DNA of 64,000 nucleotides from Myxococcota bacterium (GCA_044344255.1 JBIJDH010000016.1:32001-96000), one strand, 5' to 3'; positions 29,306 to 40,379 are shown, numbered from the stretch's first letter. A program made the numbers and translations. The notes: generated from the sequence alone by a model not told the origin.

Positions 29306-30406
29306 TCAGAGGCCGGTCGGCGGTGCGGATGTACCGGTGGGGACCGCAGACTTCGGGACGAAGGCGAGGGAACTGACACGATAATGGCGGCCGTTCGGCG
29401 TCGCCTCTTCCTCGGTGCTGAAGCATTGCTCGGCGACCTGGGAGAGCGCGGCCGAGCTCGCATTGGCGCTCGAGTCGCCGCCGCTGAAGGTGGATGAGCC
29501 GGAGCCCCCACCGCCCCCGTAGCCGCGCTTGTCGGAGCTCTCGTTTTGGACTGAGATGCTCAACCACTTCGAGATCCGGTTTCGGGCGTCGTCCATGGCC
29601 TTGGTCTGGGCCAGAGACTCGTCATCGAGCCACGGGCTCTTGCCCACGAAGTAGTAGCCCTGGGTCGACTTCGGGAGGACCTTCTGCCAGCTCGTCTTAC
29701 AGACTCCGTTCTCCTCACCCCCGCTCCCGAATCCTGAGTCTGTGGTCTTGAAGGCGAAGTAGACCGGGTTCGGGAAGGTGAAGCCGGCGCGCCACACCAT
29801 CCCGTTCTTGATCTCGATCTCGCCAGCGCCCACTCGCCCGAGGGCAGCGATGTCGATGTCGCCCTCTTGCCCGAGGGCGTAGTAGATCGTCCCCGTCCCT
29901 TCCATGAATTCGCCGATATAGCGCCCGGTGCATTGATCGGCCGCTGCTTTGCAGCAGGCCTCGAAGGCGGAGGGGTCTGCGATGTCGGACATCATCTTGT
30001 TCGTGGCGGTGTAGTGGATGCGGACGACAGCCGTGTTCTGGCCCGTGCCGGAGCCGCGCACAAAGGGGATGTTAAAGGCGCCTGCTGCGGCCGTACTCGA
30101 CCAGAAGACCTCGTCCCGCTCCATCTTTCCTGCGCCCACCTTCTCGTAGCTCACGAAGGTGGAGCATTGGGTCTTGTGGCTGTTCGACTCGTCGAGCTCG
30201 TTGGTGCCGTCGGCCACGAACCGGCCGATGTAGAGGTGGGGGTCCTCCGATGGGGAGTTGCTCAGGAACAGGTTCTTCGGGGAGGCGATGGACGGGCCTG
30301 CCTGGGCGGCGCCGGTGACCGGTGACTCCTTCTTTTCGCGCTTCGCTGCTTGCGCTGGCGCGAGGATGAGCAGCGAGAGGACGGGGGCGAGATGGGACCA
30401 GCGCAA
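29306..30406 (-). CDS. Secreted protein: beta-rich N-terminal domain (possibly gasdermin-like) and C-terminal LPP20-like domain
   Basis: Likely TTG start at 30406 after GGAGG, giving signal peptide MRWSHLAPVLSLLILAPAQA. C-terminal W....P....YYFVG.S.....A...A..DAR..I is an LPP20 pattern. The ORF is secure; the fold call is inference. Confidence 0.7.
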   Translation of the reverse strand: MRWSHLAPVLSLLILAPAQAAKREKKESPVTGAAQAGPSIASPKNLFLSNSPSEDPHLYIGRFVADGTNELDESNSHKTQCSTFVSYEKVGAGKMERDEVFWSSTAAAGAFNIPFVRGSGTGQNTAVVRIHYTATNKMMSDIADPSAFEACCKAAADQCTGRYIGEFMEGTGTIYYALGQEGDIDIAALGRVGAGEIEIKNGMVWRAGFTFPNPVYFAFKTTDSGFGSGGEENGVCKTSWQKVLPKSTQGYYFVGKSPWLDDESLAQTKAMDDARNRISKWLSISVQNESSDKRGYGGGGGSGSSTFSGGDSSANASSAALSQVAEQCFSTEEEATPNGRHYRVSSLAFVPKSAVPTGTSAPPTGL

Positions 30407-30542
30407 GAGGCCTCCAGGTAACGGAAGGGACGTGGGAATATCGTACACGGGGAGAGTCTGCTACGGGCCGAGGCGAGGAATTCCCGTCAAGCGGCCCCTC
30501 GCCGGTTGGGGGGGCCATACTCCACCCCCTCGGCGATGAAGT

Positions 30543-30558
30543 AGCAGGTGTCGTGCCA
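30543..30558 (-). promoter_or_regulatory. sigma54 (-24/-12) promoter
   Basis: Minus strand TGGCACG-ACAC-CTGCT, in the divergent intergenic region next to the activator gene. Confidence 0.85.
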
Positions 30559-30829
30559 GGCAGCGTAAGGACGGAGAACAGCGGCGGGCGGGGACATCTG
30601 CTGTGTTCCGGCGGCCTGCGCGTCAGCTGCGCACGCGCTACCGTGTGTCCGGGACACGCGGACGTCGCTGCTTCGGTCTGGAAGGCTTGGCCCGGGTCGC
30701 GATGTGGGGCCTGGTCAGCGGTAGCTCAGCCTAAAGCACGAGCGTGGCAACAGGGGCGAAGTGATGGTTGGGACTCTGAACGCCGACTCCGACAGAGGGA
30801 GAACCACATGGGAGGCCGGGGGGCGAGCC

Positions 30830-32419
30830 ATGCTCTCTGCGCTGGCGGACCGAGTGCTACAGGGCCTCCGCGAGGTCGTTGGCCAACCGGCCGACGCCCG
30901 CCTGTGTCGCCTCCACCTTCACATTCGCGGCACGGCGGGGTCAGAGGCCCTGGTGGTGCTTGACCTCGAAGATGGTGCGGAGCAGCCTTCGCTCGGGCTC
31001 GGGGCCACAGCCTGGTCCGCTCTCCAGCTCGCGGCAGGTCCGATCTCGGTGGACGTCGCCACGGGGCGGGTCTGGGTGGTCTCGAGCGGTCGCGCGCTCG
31101 AGCGGCTGCCGCGCCAGCGCCTCTCCGCGGCGAGCCGGGCCCTCTACGCCGAGCGCGCTGCCACACACATCCTCATCCTTCCGGTCCGGGATGCCTCGGG
31201 GGCCGTCGCCGGCCTGTTGGGAGTGGAGGTCTCGAGCCCCTCAGCGGCGGGCGACGCCCTCGAGCTGTGGCCGCAATTGGTAGCTCCGTTGACCGAGCGC
31301 CTTGACGCGGGGGCCCCCGCGCTCCTGGAGGAGCTCCGGCGAAGACCGGTGGCTCCGGTCGACTCCCTCCTCCCCATCGTCGGTCCAGCCCTCGAGCCGA
31401 TCGTGGGGCTCCTTCGTCGCTTCTCGCGCTTCGAGGATCCTGTCCTCCTCCTCGGAGAGTCCGGCGTGGGGAAGACGCGCCTCGCCGAGTGGGTGCACCG
31501 GTGTTCACCCCGTGTCTCCGGGCCCTTCGTCTCCGTCCAGCTCCACGCGGTCCCGGCTGACCTGCTCGAGGGTGCCCTCTTTGGCTCGAAGCGTGGCGCC
31601 TACACGGGCGCCGACCGGCCTGTCCAAGGCTACGTCGCCCACGCGGAAGGAGGGACGCTCTTCCTCGATGAGATCGACCGGCTCGACCTCGCCGGCCAGG
31701 ACAAGCTCTTACGCCTCCTGGATGACCGTCGATACCGACCGCTCGGTGAGTCCTCCCTCCAAGAGGCGGATGTCCGCTTCATCCTGGCGTCAAACGCTGA
31801 TCTTCCGGCGGCGGTGGCCGCTGGCAAATTCAGGTCGGACTTGTATTGGCGGATTGAAGGACTCCGCGTCACGGTGCCTCCCCTTCGAGAGCGGGTGGAG
31901 GAGATCGAAGCCTGGGCGAGGCACTTCCTGGCCGAGCTTCACGCCGAGGCGGGTGGCCGGGGCGGGTTCTCCCTCAGCCCCGCGGCGGCCGGCTGGCTGC
32001 GGGCGCAGCCTTGGTTGGGCAACCTCCGCGAGCTTCGGCAGCGGGTTCGGAGGGCCTACATCCTCTCGGCGACGGAAGGGGAGCCGATGGTGAGGTTGGA
32101 GCTCCAGGCCTTCGGTGCCATGTGGGCGCCCCCTGCTCCGCCTTCGGGGCTCGTCGCGGCCCTCCAGCAGGCGGCGGTGGCCTGGGTAGACCTCGCGGAG
32201 CGCAACATGCTCCTTGGAGCTCCGTCGATGGATCTCGACGAGGCCAAGGTGTTGCGCGCTTACATTCTCGACGAGGCGCGCGGCCGCATGGGGCTTGAGG
32301 AAGCGTTCCGACTCCTGGGGGAGCATGCGCTCGTCGAGAGCCGCAACCACCACCAAACGGCGCGTCGTGAGGCAGCCCGGCGTGTGGAGTTCGAGGCCCA
32401 CTTGCGCGATCGCGGATGA
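30830..32419 (+). CDS. sigma54-dependent enhancer-binding activator (GAF-like + AAA+ + atypical HTH)
   Basis: GESGVGKT (Walker A), LFGSKRGAYTGA (GAFTGA loop variant), GGTLFLDEID, FRSDLYWR and WLGNLREL motifs. Confidence 0.95.
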   Translation: MLSALADRVLQGLREVVGQPADARLCRLHLHIRGTAGSEALVVLDLEDGAEQPSLGLGATAWSALQLAAGPISVDVATGRVWVVSSGRALERLPRQRLSAASRALYAERAATHILILPVRDASGAVAGLLGVEVSSPSAAGDALELWPQLVAPLTERLDAGAPALLEELRRRPVAPVDSLLPIVGPALEPIVGLLRRFSRFEDPVLLLGESGVGKTRLAEWVHRCSPRVSGPFVSVQLHAVPADLLEGALFGSKRGAYTGADRPVQGYVAHAEGGTLFLDEIDRLDLAGQDKLLRLLDDRRYRPLGESSLQEADVRFILASNADLPAAVAAGKFRSDLYWRIEGLRVTVPPLRERVEEIEAWARHFLAELHAEAGGRGGFSLSPAAAGWLRAQPWLGNLRELRQRVRRAYILSATEGEPMVRLELQAFGAMWAPPAPPSGLVAALQQAAVAWVDLAERNMLLGAPSMDLDEAKVLRAYILDEARGRMGLEEAFRLLGEHALVESRNHHQTARREAARRVEFEAHLRDRG

Positions 32420-32463
32420 GTTGGGGGGAGATGACCCCATCCATCCCGACTCATCCCCCCGCC

Positions 32464-33747
32464 TCAGTACCAGACGCTCCCCGTGCCCAAGGCCAGCCCG
32501 AGGCCCCGCATCGCGTGCGCAGAGTCGCCCACCACGTCGAGGTAGAGCTGCTCGTCGCCCTTACGGAGGGCCTCCATGTTGTTGAAGACCTGCCGTTGGT
32601 GCAGCGCCTGCACGGTAAGCACGATCTGCTGGGCGGCGCCGATGAGCATCTTCTGCTGGGCTTCGTCGGGGGTGAAGAGGCCCATGGCGGCCATCTTCTC
32701 CATGCTCTCGAGGAAGTGACCGGTGAACTTGAGCCGCTGGACCAGCAGGCGCACCTCCTGGTCGGGGGCCTTCTTCGCCGCCTCGTCGTAGAGGATGAGC
32801 TCCTTCGGGAGGCGGTAGAACCAGACGGGGATCTGCTGCAGCAGCGCGGACCGGGCCTTGGGCGTGCTCCTCCCGCGGGCGACCGCATAGGCCGCGCCCT
32901 GCAGGATGTGGGCGCCGCCGCAGGTGTACTTGAAGATGCCCTGGCCCTTCTTCTCGAAGTCGGCGCCGGAGCTCATGGCGTCGGCGATGACCTTGTCTTC
33001 GGAGACGAGCACGGTCACGCCGAAGGTGGCGAGGTCGTCGAGGCGCATCGGCGTGCCGTCGAGGGCGCGCCACTCGAGGGGGCCGGGCGGGGCCCAGGCG
33101 CTGAGCGCCGAGAGGGCCCACGGCGTGTCATTCGGCGAGTCGAAGGAGGAGTGGTTCTTGTCGGGGACGAGGTAGCTGCCGAGCAGGACCCCCCGATAGA
33201 GATCGGCCACCGGGTGGGGCCGGCCCTTCACGAGGACGAGCTTGTTCGGGTCGACGCCGAGCTCGGTGAGCTGCTTGAGGATGAGCGCGGAGTGCGGCTC
33301 GATGCGGACCTCCCCGCGGCTCCGCGGGAAGGAGACGAGGGTGTGGCCGCCTGCGGTGAGCTCCTCGGCATACTGCGAGAAGAGCCAGTCGACCGCCGGC
33401 TCGCCGTTGGTGAGCTTGAAGTCCTTGCCGCGGGCGAGGATGCCGTGGGTGACCGCCCAGGGGTTGGCGGGGTCACCCCCGTAGCGGTCGACCACGCCAG
33501 CGAGCAGCTCGAGGACCTTGTCGTAGAGCGGATCGGCGGGGATCGGCTTCGGGGAGCGCCCCTCACGGGCGGCGGGCACGGGCTTGAGCTGGTCGATGTT
33601 CTCGGCGGACCACACCCGCGCGACCGCCGGCGCCACGGGCGGCGGAGCGACCGGCGCAGCGGTGGGCGGCGGAGGCTGCGCGGGAGCAGGGGTGGTCGGC
33701 GCCTCCCCGCCGCAGGCGAGCAGCAGCGCGAGGAGGGCGCCGCTCAT
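32464..33747 (-). CDS. Hypothetical lipoprotein (island integration target)
   Basis: Lipobox LLLAC, Pro-rich linker and strongly GC3-biased codons. 4-nt overlap with the upstream gene. Confidence 0.85.
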   Translation of the reverse strand: MSGALLALLLACGGEAPTTPAPAQPPPPTAAPVAPPPVAPAVARVWSAENIDQLKPVPAAREGRSPKPIPADPLYDKVLELLAGVVDRYGGDPANPWAVTHGILARGKDFKLTNGEPAVDWLFSQYAEELTAGGHTLVSFPRSRGEVRIEPHSALILKQLTELGVDPNKLVLVKGRPHPVADLYRGVLLGSYLVPDKNHSSFDSPNDTPWALSALSAWAPPGPLEWRALDGTPMRLDDLATFGVTVLVSEDKVIADAMSSGADFEKKGQGIFKYTCGGAHILQGAAYAVARGRSTPKARSALLQQIPVWFYRLPKELILYDEAAKKAPDQEVRLLVQRLKFTGHFLESMEKMAAMGLFTPDEAQQKMLIGAAQQIVLTVQALHQRQVFNNMEALRKGDEQLYLDVVGDSAHAMRGLGLALGTGSVWY

Positions 33748-35576
33748 TCTTCTTCTTCGCCGCCCTTCTTCTTCTTGTCCTTCTTCTTGGTCTCTCCGCC
33801 GCCCTCGGCCTTCGCCTTCTCGGCGGCGGCGGCCTCCTGGTCGAGCTTCTCCTGGAGGACGTCGATGCGCTCGATGCGGTCATCGGAGCACATGTAGAGG
33901 ATGCCCTGGCGCACCGCGATGCGGGGGTGCTTGAGCTGGCGGTCGGAGAGGTGGAGCTTGAACTCCAGCTTCCCGGGCTTCTTGAACTTGAAGACGTCGC
34001 CGTTGTCGGTGAAGACCCAGAGCGCCCCCGACTCGTCGAGGGTGATGTCCATGTCCTCGAAGCCCTCGCCGAGGACGGACTTGTCGATCACCACGCCTTG
34101 GCGGAAGCCGTCGAGGGCGTATTCGATGACCTTGTTGCCGAAGGTGAACAGGAACTTGTTGCCGTCCAGCACCTCGACGGCGTTCGGCGTGCCGTCCTTG
34201 ATCTCGAAGCGGACGACCTCCTCGGAGTCAGTCGTGTAGCCGACCGCCTCGTCGCCCACGAAGGCGTAGACCCGCTTCTTGTCAGGGACGTAGGCCACGT
34301 AGGCCGTGCCGCCGAGGTTGGGCTCGGAGGCGTTCTCGGTGCCCACCTTCCAGGAGATCCGCTGACGGCCTTGGATGTCGAAGATCTGGACGCGGCTCTG
34401 GGCGTCGATGCCGACGAGGCCGTCGCCCTCCTTCTCGGGGATGAGGTCGATGTCGAGGGCGTTCATCCACTGGCCCGGGCCCTCTCCGGAGGGGGAGCCG
34501 GTGACGTACCACTTGCGGCCCTTCTCGAACCAGACGTCGGTGATGTCGGCTTTGCCACCGCCCCAGACCTTGTCTGGGCGCCCCGTCTCTTCAAAACGCT
34601 GGACGCGGTTGTTGCCGATGTCGGCGGCGTAGACGTTGCCCTCGCGATCGATCTCGAGGTTGATCGGCTCGCCGAAGCCCTGGAGCGCCCCGGGCTCCCA
34701 GCCGGTCTGGCCCCAGTAGGGCACGTTGGCGCTGCCGCCGCCGATGAGCTCGGCGTAGGCCTGGAAGATCTCGACCATCTCCATCAGGGCCTCGTGGTCC
34801 TTGCCGGTGGCGCGCAAGGCGGCGAGCTCGAGGCTGGGGATGGCGTTGGCGTCTTTCAGCTTGCGGAGGGCCTTCTGGGCGCGCTCCGACGAGCGGATGG
34901 CCTGGGCCCGGTAGCCGTCTTTGATGAGCGACTTGACCTTGGGGCGGACGAAGGCGGGGCCGTTCTCGACGGCGTCCGTGAGCATCTTCCAGGCCTTCTC
35001 GTCCTCCCCGTTGCTCGTCTTGAACTTCTCGTAGGCGGCGTCGAGCTCGTTGTTGTACTTGTCGAGGGCGGTGGCGGCCTCTTTGCTGGCGAGCCACTTG
35101 TCGAGGCCAGTGGCGTCGTCGTTGTCGGGAAAGTTGACCGCGACCTCGGTGATGAAGAGCTCGGCGAACACGATGCCGTCGTAGGTCTCGTCGACGACGA
35201 ACCGCACCTTGCGGCCGGTGACATCGACCGGAATGTCGACCCGCTGCATCTGGTCTTGGAGCCGCACGGGCTTGCCCTGCACGACGCCGTCGACCAAGAC
35301 CCGCACGGTCTTCGGGCGACTGTACTCTTTGTAACTCTTGCTGCCCTGGCTGAGGTTGCCTGGCCAGAGGGCGACGTTCTTGAGCTTGGTGGGCTTGCCG
35401 AGGTCAAGCTCCAGCCACTCCCCGTCAGCGCTGCCCGCCTTGGCCTCTCCCCAGGCGGTGTCCAGGAGCCCATCTACCGCCAGCTCAGCGGGGTGCTTGC
35501 CGGCCGCGTCGGTGAGGACGCTCGAGGCGGTCACCGACGCCATCGCGGTGGACAGCAGGAGGAGAAGCGAGGTCAT
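33744..35576 (-). CDS. Secreted discoidin-like domain + NHL/beta-propeller protein
   Basis: Signal peptide, AVDGLLDTAWGE...GEWLELDL (discoidin-like), and EPINLEIDREGNVYAADIGNNRVQRF (NHL repeat). Confidence 0.8.
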   Translation of the reverse strand: MTSLLLLLSTAMASVTASSVLTDAAGKHPAELAVDGLLDTAWGEAKAGSADGEWLELDLGKPTKLKNVALWPGNLSQGSKSYKEYSRPKTVRVLVDGVVQGKPVRLQDQMQRVDIPVDVTGRKVRFVVDETYDGIVFAELFITEVAVNFPDNDDATGLDKWLASKEAATALDKYNNELDAAYEKFKTSNGEDEKAWKMLTDAVENGPAFVRPKVKSLIKDGYRAQAIRSSERAQKALRKLKDANAIPSLELAALRATGKDHEALMEMVEIFQAYAELIGGGSANVPYWGQTGWEPGALQGFGEPINLEIDREGNVYAADIGNNRVQRFEETGRPDKVWGGGKADITDVWFEKGRKWYVTGSPSGEGPGQWMNALDIDLIPEKEGDGLVGIDAQSRVQIFDIQGRQRISWKVGTENASEPNLGGTAYVAYVPDKKRVYAFVGDEAVGYTTDSEEVVRFEIKDGTPNAVEVLDGNKFLFTFGNKVIEYALDGFRQGVVIDKSVLGEGFEDMDITLDESGALWVFTDNGDVFKFKKPGKLEFKLHLSDRQLKHPRIAVRQGILYMCSDDRIERIDVLQEKLDQEAAAAEKAKAEGGGETKKKDKKKKGGEEEE

Positions 35577-35637
35577 GCCGGAGCCCCAGGGGTGGTGTTG
35601 GTATGCCGTGATAGCTCCCTCGCGGGAGGTTCTCCAC

Positions 35638-36705
35638 ATGCGGAAGAGCCCACGGGGCAGCGGTTGGCTTCCCCTTTACAACTCGCCGCGGCTCCCCGCC
35701 GCTCTCGCCGCGTGGATCTCCGCGCTCGGGCTCAGCGGGCTGTGGCGGGAGGGGAGGGCCGCGGCGCCGGTCACCCCGCAGGTCGACCTCCACCTCGACA
35801 CCCCCACCCAGCTCTTCTTGCGCCGCCTCCCGCTCGACGCCCCCGCCGGGCTCGAGGCGGGGCTCTCTGCGCTCCGGGCCGGGGGGACGAACCTGCCCGT
35901 GATGGTGCTCTGGCCGGGGGACCGCGGCGATCCGAAGACCCGCACCTTTGACCTCTTGAAGACGATGGAGGGGGAGATCGCGCGCCTGCCCGACGTCGTG
36001 CTCGTGCGCAGCCCGACGGAGGCCCGCGCCGCAGTCGCCGCCGGCCAGACGGGCGTGCTGCTCTCGATCGAGGGGGCCCAGGGGCTCGGCGAGGGGGAGG
36101 GCTGGACGAGCGCCTTGGCCGAGCTCCACAGCCGGGGGCTGTCGCTCCTCGGACTCACCTGGAGCCACAGCAACCGCTTCGCCGGCTCCTCGGGCGACCA
36201 GGGCGGCGGGCTCACCGGCGAGGGGAAGGTCCTCGTGGAGGACGCGCGCCGGATGCGGATCGTCGTCGATGTCTCCCACGCGAGCCGCCTCGCGACGATG
36301 GAGGTCTGCGCCAATTCGAGCGTGCCGGTCATCGCCTCCCACTCCGATGCTCACGGCGTCACGGCGGCCAACCGGAACCTCACCGACCCCGAGATCGCCT
36401 GCATCTGCAAGACCGGTGGGGTGATCGGCCTCAACTTCCACGCCACCTTCGTGGGCCCTGGGGCGAACGCCGCCAAGGTGGCTGACCACGCCGACCACAT
36501 CGCGGGCGTGGGCGGTCGGGCCTGCCTCGCGATCGGCAGTGACTTTGACGGTTACATCAAGAAGCCCGCCGACCTGCGCACGGAGGCCGATCTGCCGGTC
36601 TTGCTGGCCGAGCTCCGGTCCCGTGGCTGGACCGAGGCCGAGCTCGACGGGCTGCGGGGCGGCAACTTCTTGCGGGCCTGGGAGGCGGTCGTGGCGGTGC
36701 GCTGA
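35638..36705 (+). CDS. Membrane dipeptidase (peptidase M19)
   Basis: DLHLDT, SIEG, LTW..SN, DVSH, ASHS, RNL.D, GGVIGLNF and GSDFDG motifs. GGAGG lies before ATG 35638. Confidence 0.92.
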   Translation: MRKSPRGSGWLPLYNSPRLPAALAAWISALGLSGLWREGRAAAPVTPQVDLHLDTPTQLFLRRLPLDAPAGLEAGLSALRAGGTNLPVMVLWPGDRGDPKTRTFDLLKTMEGEIARLPDVVLVRSPTEARAAVAAGQTGVLLSIEGAQGLGEGEGWTSALAELHSRGLSLLGLTWSHSNRFAGSSGDQGGGLTGEGKVLVEDARRMRIVVDVSHASRLATMEVCANSSVPVIASHSDAHGVTAANRNLTDPEIACICKTGGVIGLNFHATFVGPGANAAKVADHADHIAGVGGRACLAIGSDFDGYIKKPADLRTEADLPVLLAELRSRGWTEAELDGLRGGNFLRAWEAVVAVR

Positions 36706-36758
36706 CGGGCGCCCCTCCGATGGGTGGCCTGGGCCTCCGGGGTGGCCTGGGCGCGCCC

Positions 36759-37346
36759 TCAGACCTGCTCGACCCCGCGGACCTCGGGGATCTCTTCGAC
36801 CAGCAGGCGCTCGATGCCCATGCGCAGCGTCGTCAGCGCGGAGGGGCAGGTGCCGCAGGCGCCGATGAGCTTGAGCTGGACGAGGCCGTCTTCAAAGCCC
36901 ACGAAGGTGACGTCACCGCCGTCTTGCGCGATGGCCGGCCGGATCTCGGAGTCAATCAGCTCCATGATCCGCCGCTCGACCTCGGAGAAGCTCCGGGCGA
37001 TGCGCCGAAGCTCGATGTCGAGCACCGCCATCTCGCCAGAGTCGAGGAACTGACGGATCTTGTGCTTGATCGAGGGCACCAGCGCCGGCCACTCGACCTC
37101 GGGGTGCTTGCGGATGGTCACAAAGCGGGGGGCGATGAGGACGAGCTCGATGCCGGTCAGCGTGAGCAGGACCTCGGCCAGCGGCGCGTTCCCGGTGTCC
37201 TCGAGGCGGGCGTACTCAAAGGTGCCGGTGGGCACCAGGGCCTCGGTCACCTTGAACATGAGCGCGTCAGGGTTCGGGGTCGGGACCGTGTCGACGTTGA
37301 TGTGATCGAACTCGGTGGAGATCGGGCCGTGGGCGGTGCTGTGCAT
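36759..37346 (-). CDS. NifU/Nfu-family Fe-S cluster carrier (Nfu_N + NifU-C)
   Basis: TPNPDALMF, PLA..L...GI..V.I...FVTI.K, and IRPAIAQDGGD...GACGTCPS..TLRMGIE motifs. Confidence 0.93.
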   Translation of the reverse strand: MHSTAHGPISTEFDHINVDTVPTPNPDALMFKVTEALVPTGTFEYARLEDTGNAPLAEVLLTLTGIELVLIAPRFVTIRKHPEVEWPALVPSIKHKIRQFLDSGEMAVLDIELRRIARSFSEVERRIMELIDSEIRPAIAQDGGDVTFVGFEDGLVQLKLIGACGTCPSALTTLRMGIERLLVEEIPEVRGVEQV

Positions 37347-37439
37347 GGTGGGGCCCGCCTAACCGGCGCCGCGTGCTGGTCGAGTCGAGGCGGTTAGGTG
37401 GGACGCCCTTTCAAAAGACGCACCCCCGAGGAGCCCACG

Positions 37440-38594
<1,155 letters not shown>

Positions 38595-38645
38595 GCCACG
38601 CGCGTCGGGGCGGAGGGCCGGCCCGCTCGCCCCGCGCCCTCGGGG

Positions 38646-39656
38646 GTGTCTGTGAAGGTCCTCGTCACCGGGGGCACCGGCTTCGTCGGCGCCAACGTCG
38701 TCCGTCAGCTGCTCGCCCGCGGTGATGAGGTCCTCTGCCTCGTCCGGAAGCCGAATTTCGCGCTGGAGGGGCTCCCGATCCAGACCGTGCAGGCGCCCCT
38801 CGACGAGAAGCCGGACAGCGTCGACGCCCTCGCCCGGGTGCTCGACGGGGTCGAGGGCATCTACCACGTGGCCGGCATCTTCGATCCCGGCCCCGGCGGC
38901 GTCGATCGGATGCGGGAGGTGCACGTCTATGCCACCCGCGCCTTGCTGCGCGCCGCCGACAAGGCCGGCGTGCGGCGGATGGTGCTCTGCTCGTCCAGCA
39001 TCACCGTCGGCTGGGGCCCCTTGGACCGGCCCGGGGATGAGGACAGCCCGCTCGACCCCGCCGTGTACGGGGCCCAGGGCGCGCTCCGGGCCTACCACGA
39101 CACGAAGAAGCAGTCCGAAGAGCTGGGGGCCTCCTGGCCCGGCCCCACCGAGGTGGTCACGGTCAACCCGGACTACATCCTCGGCGCCTGGGACATGAAG
39201 CCGACCAGCGGTCAGCTCATCGTTTCGATGGCCCAGCAGCGCTGGGTGCCCGTCTACCCGCGGGGCGGGAAGTGTTTTCAGCATGTGGGGGACTGCGCCC
39301 TCGGCCACATCTACGCGATGGAGCGGGGGCAGCCGGGGCGGCGGTACCTCCTCGGCAATGAGAACCTCAGCTACGCGGCGTTCATGGGCATCGTCGCCGA
39401 GGTGGTGGGCAAGCCGAGGCCGCGCATCCCCGTGCCCAACGTCGGCGTCGCGCTGGCGGGGCGGGCGGGGGCCTTCCTCAGCCGTCTGGACCCGCACAAG
39501 TTCGCGGGCCTCGACGGGGACGTGCTCCGCTCGATGCAGCAGGAGCGATACCGGACCGGCCGTCGGGCCGTCACCGAGCTCGGCGTGCCCGAGACCCCGG
39601 TGCGCGTGGCGGTGGAGGAGGCCTACCGGTGGTTCTGCGATCACGGCTACTGCTGA
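38646..39656 (+). CDS. NAD-dependent epimerase/dehydratase (dihydroflavonol reductase/HpnA-like)
   Basis: VTGGTGFVG, YHVAG, YHDTK (YxxxK) and G.PGRRYLLG motifs. Confidence 0.9.
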   Translation: MSVKVLVTGGTGFVGANVVRQLLARGDEVLCLVRKPNFALEGLPIQTVQAPLDEKPDSVDALARVLDGVEGIYHVAGIFDPGPGGVDRMREVHVYATRALLRAADKAGVRRMVLCSSSITVGWGPLDRPGDEDSPLDPAVYGAQGALRAYHDTKKQSEELGASWPGPTEVVTVNPDYILGAWDMKPTSGQLIVSMAQQRWVPVYPRGGKCFQHVGDCALGHIYAMERGQPGRRYLLGNENLSYAAFMGIVAEVVGKPRPRIPVPNVGVALAGRAGAFLSRLDPHKFAGLDGDVLRSMQQERYRTGRRAVTELGVPETPVRVAVEEAYRWFCDHGYC

Positions 39657-39664
39657 GTCGCCGC

Positions 39665-40372
39665 GTGTGGCGGCTCGGGCTCGGGCTCGTCGGCCTCAGC
39701 GGCTGCAAGGCGGAGTCCCTCGGCGTGGAGCTCGCGCGCGGCGGACCTGATCAGATCAGCGGGGAGGACCTCCAGCGGGACGTCTGGCTGCTCATGGGCC
39801 CCGTCGCCGCGAGCCGCGCCCCGGGCAGCCCCGGCAACGCCGAGGCGGCGGGCCGCTTCGAGGAGCGTCTGCAGCAGATGCACACGCTGCCGGCCTTCGG
39901 GCAGAGCTACCGCCGGTCGCTCGGGCAGGGCTGGCTGGTCTGCGGACAGAAGGACGGGCGCAGTGACCGGGGGCTGCTCTTCTTCGCCGAGGACGGCGGC
40001 GCCGGCGTGCGCGGCGGGGCGCTGCCGGTGGCGAGCCTGATCTCGCTCGCCAAGGCCGCGGACATCCTTGAGCCGCCCTCGCACACGCTGCTCTTTTGCG
40101 GGGCCTTCGGGCCGGGCGGCCTCGACGCCTACGCGCTCCAGCCGGCCTTCCCGCTGGCGAAGACGCTGCAGATCGCCGAGGTGGGCCCCCTCGGCGACTC
40201 GGACGTCACCGGGAGCCCCGAGGCCCCGCTCGGCGGGGCGCCGAGGCAGCGTTACTCCACGGGGCCACGTCCGGGGGACGGTGGCCCAGAGGACCGGGCG
40301 GAGGCGGTAGACTTTCGGAGGGTCTCTGACCAGCTCCGCGAGGTGTGGTTGGCCGTGGGACGGGCGGGCTGA
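39665..40372 (+). CDS. Lipoprotein with a degenerate M28-peptidase-like fold
   Basis: Lipobox LSGC. IS.EDLQRDV..L....SRAPGSPG..EAA resembles an M28 N-terminus, but the metal ligands are not recognisable. Confidence 0.55.
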   Translation: MWRLGLGLVGLSGCKAESLGVELARGGPDQISGEDLQRDVWLLMGPVAASRAPGSPGNAEAAGRFEERLQQMHTLPAFGQSYRRSLGQGWLVCGQKDGRSDRGLLFFAEDGGAGVRGGALPVASLISLAKAADILEPPSHTLLFCGAFGPGGLDAYALQPAFPLAKTLQIAEVGPLGDSDVTGSPEAPLGGAPRQRYSTGPRPGDGGPEDRAEAVDFRRVSDQLREVWLAVGRAG

Positions 40373-40379
40373 GGGCCGC

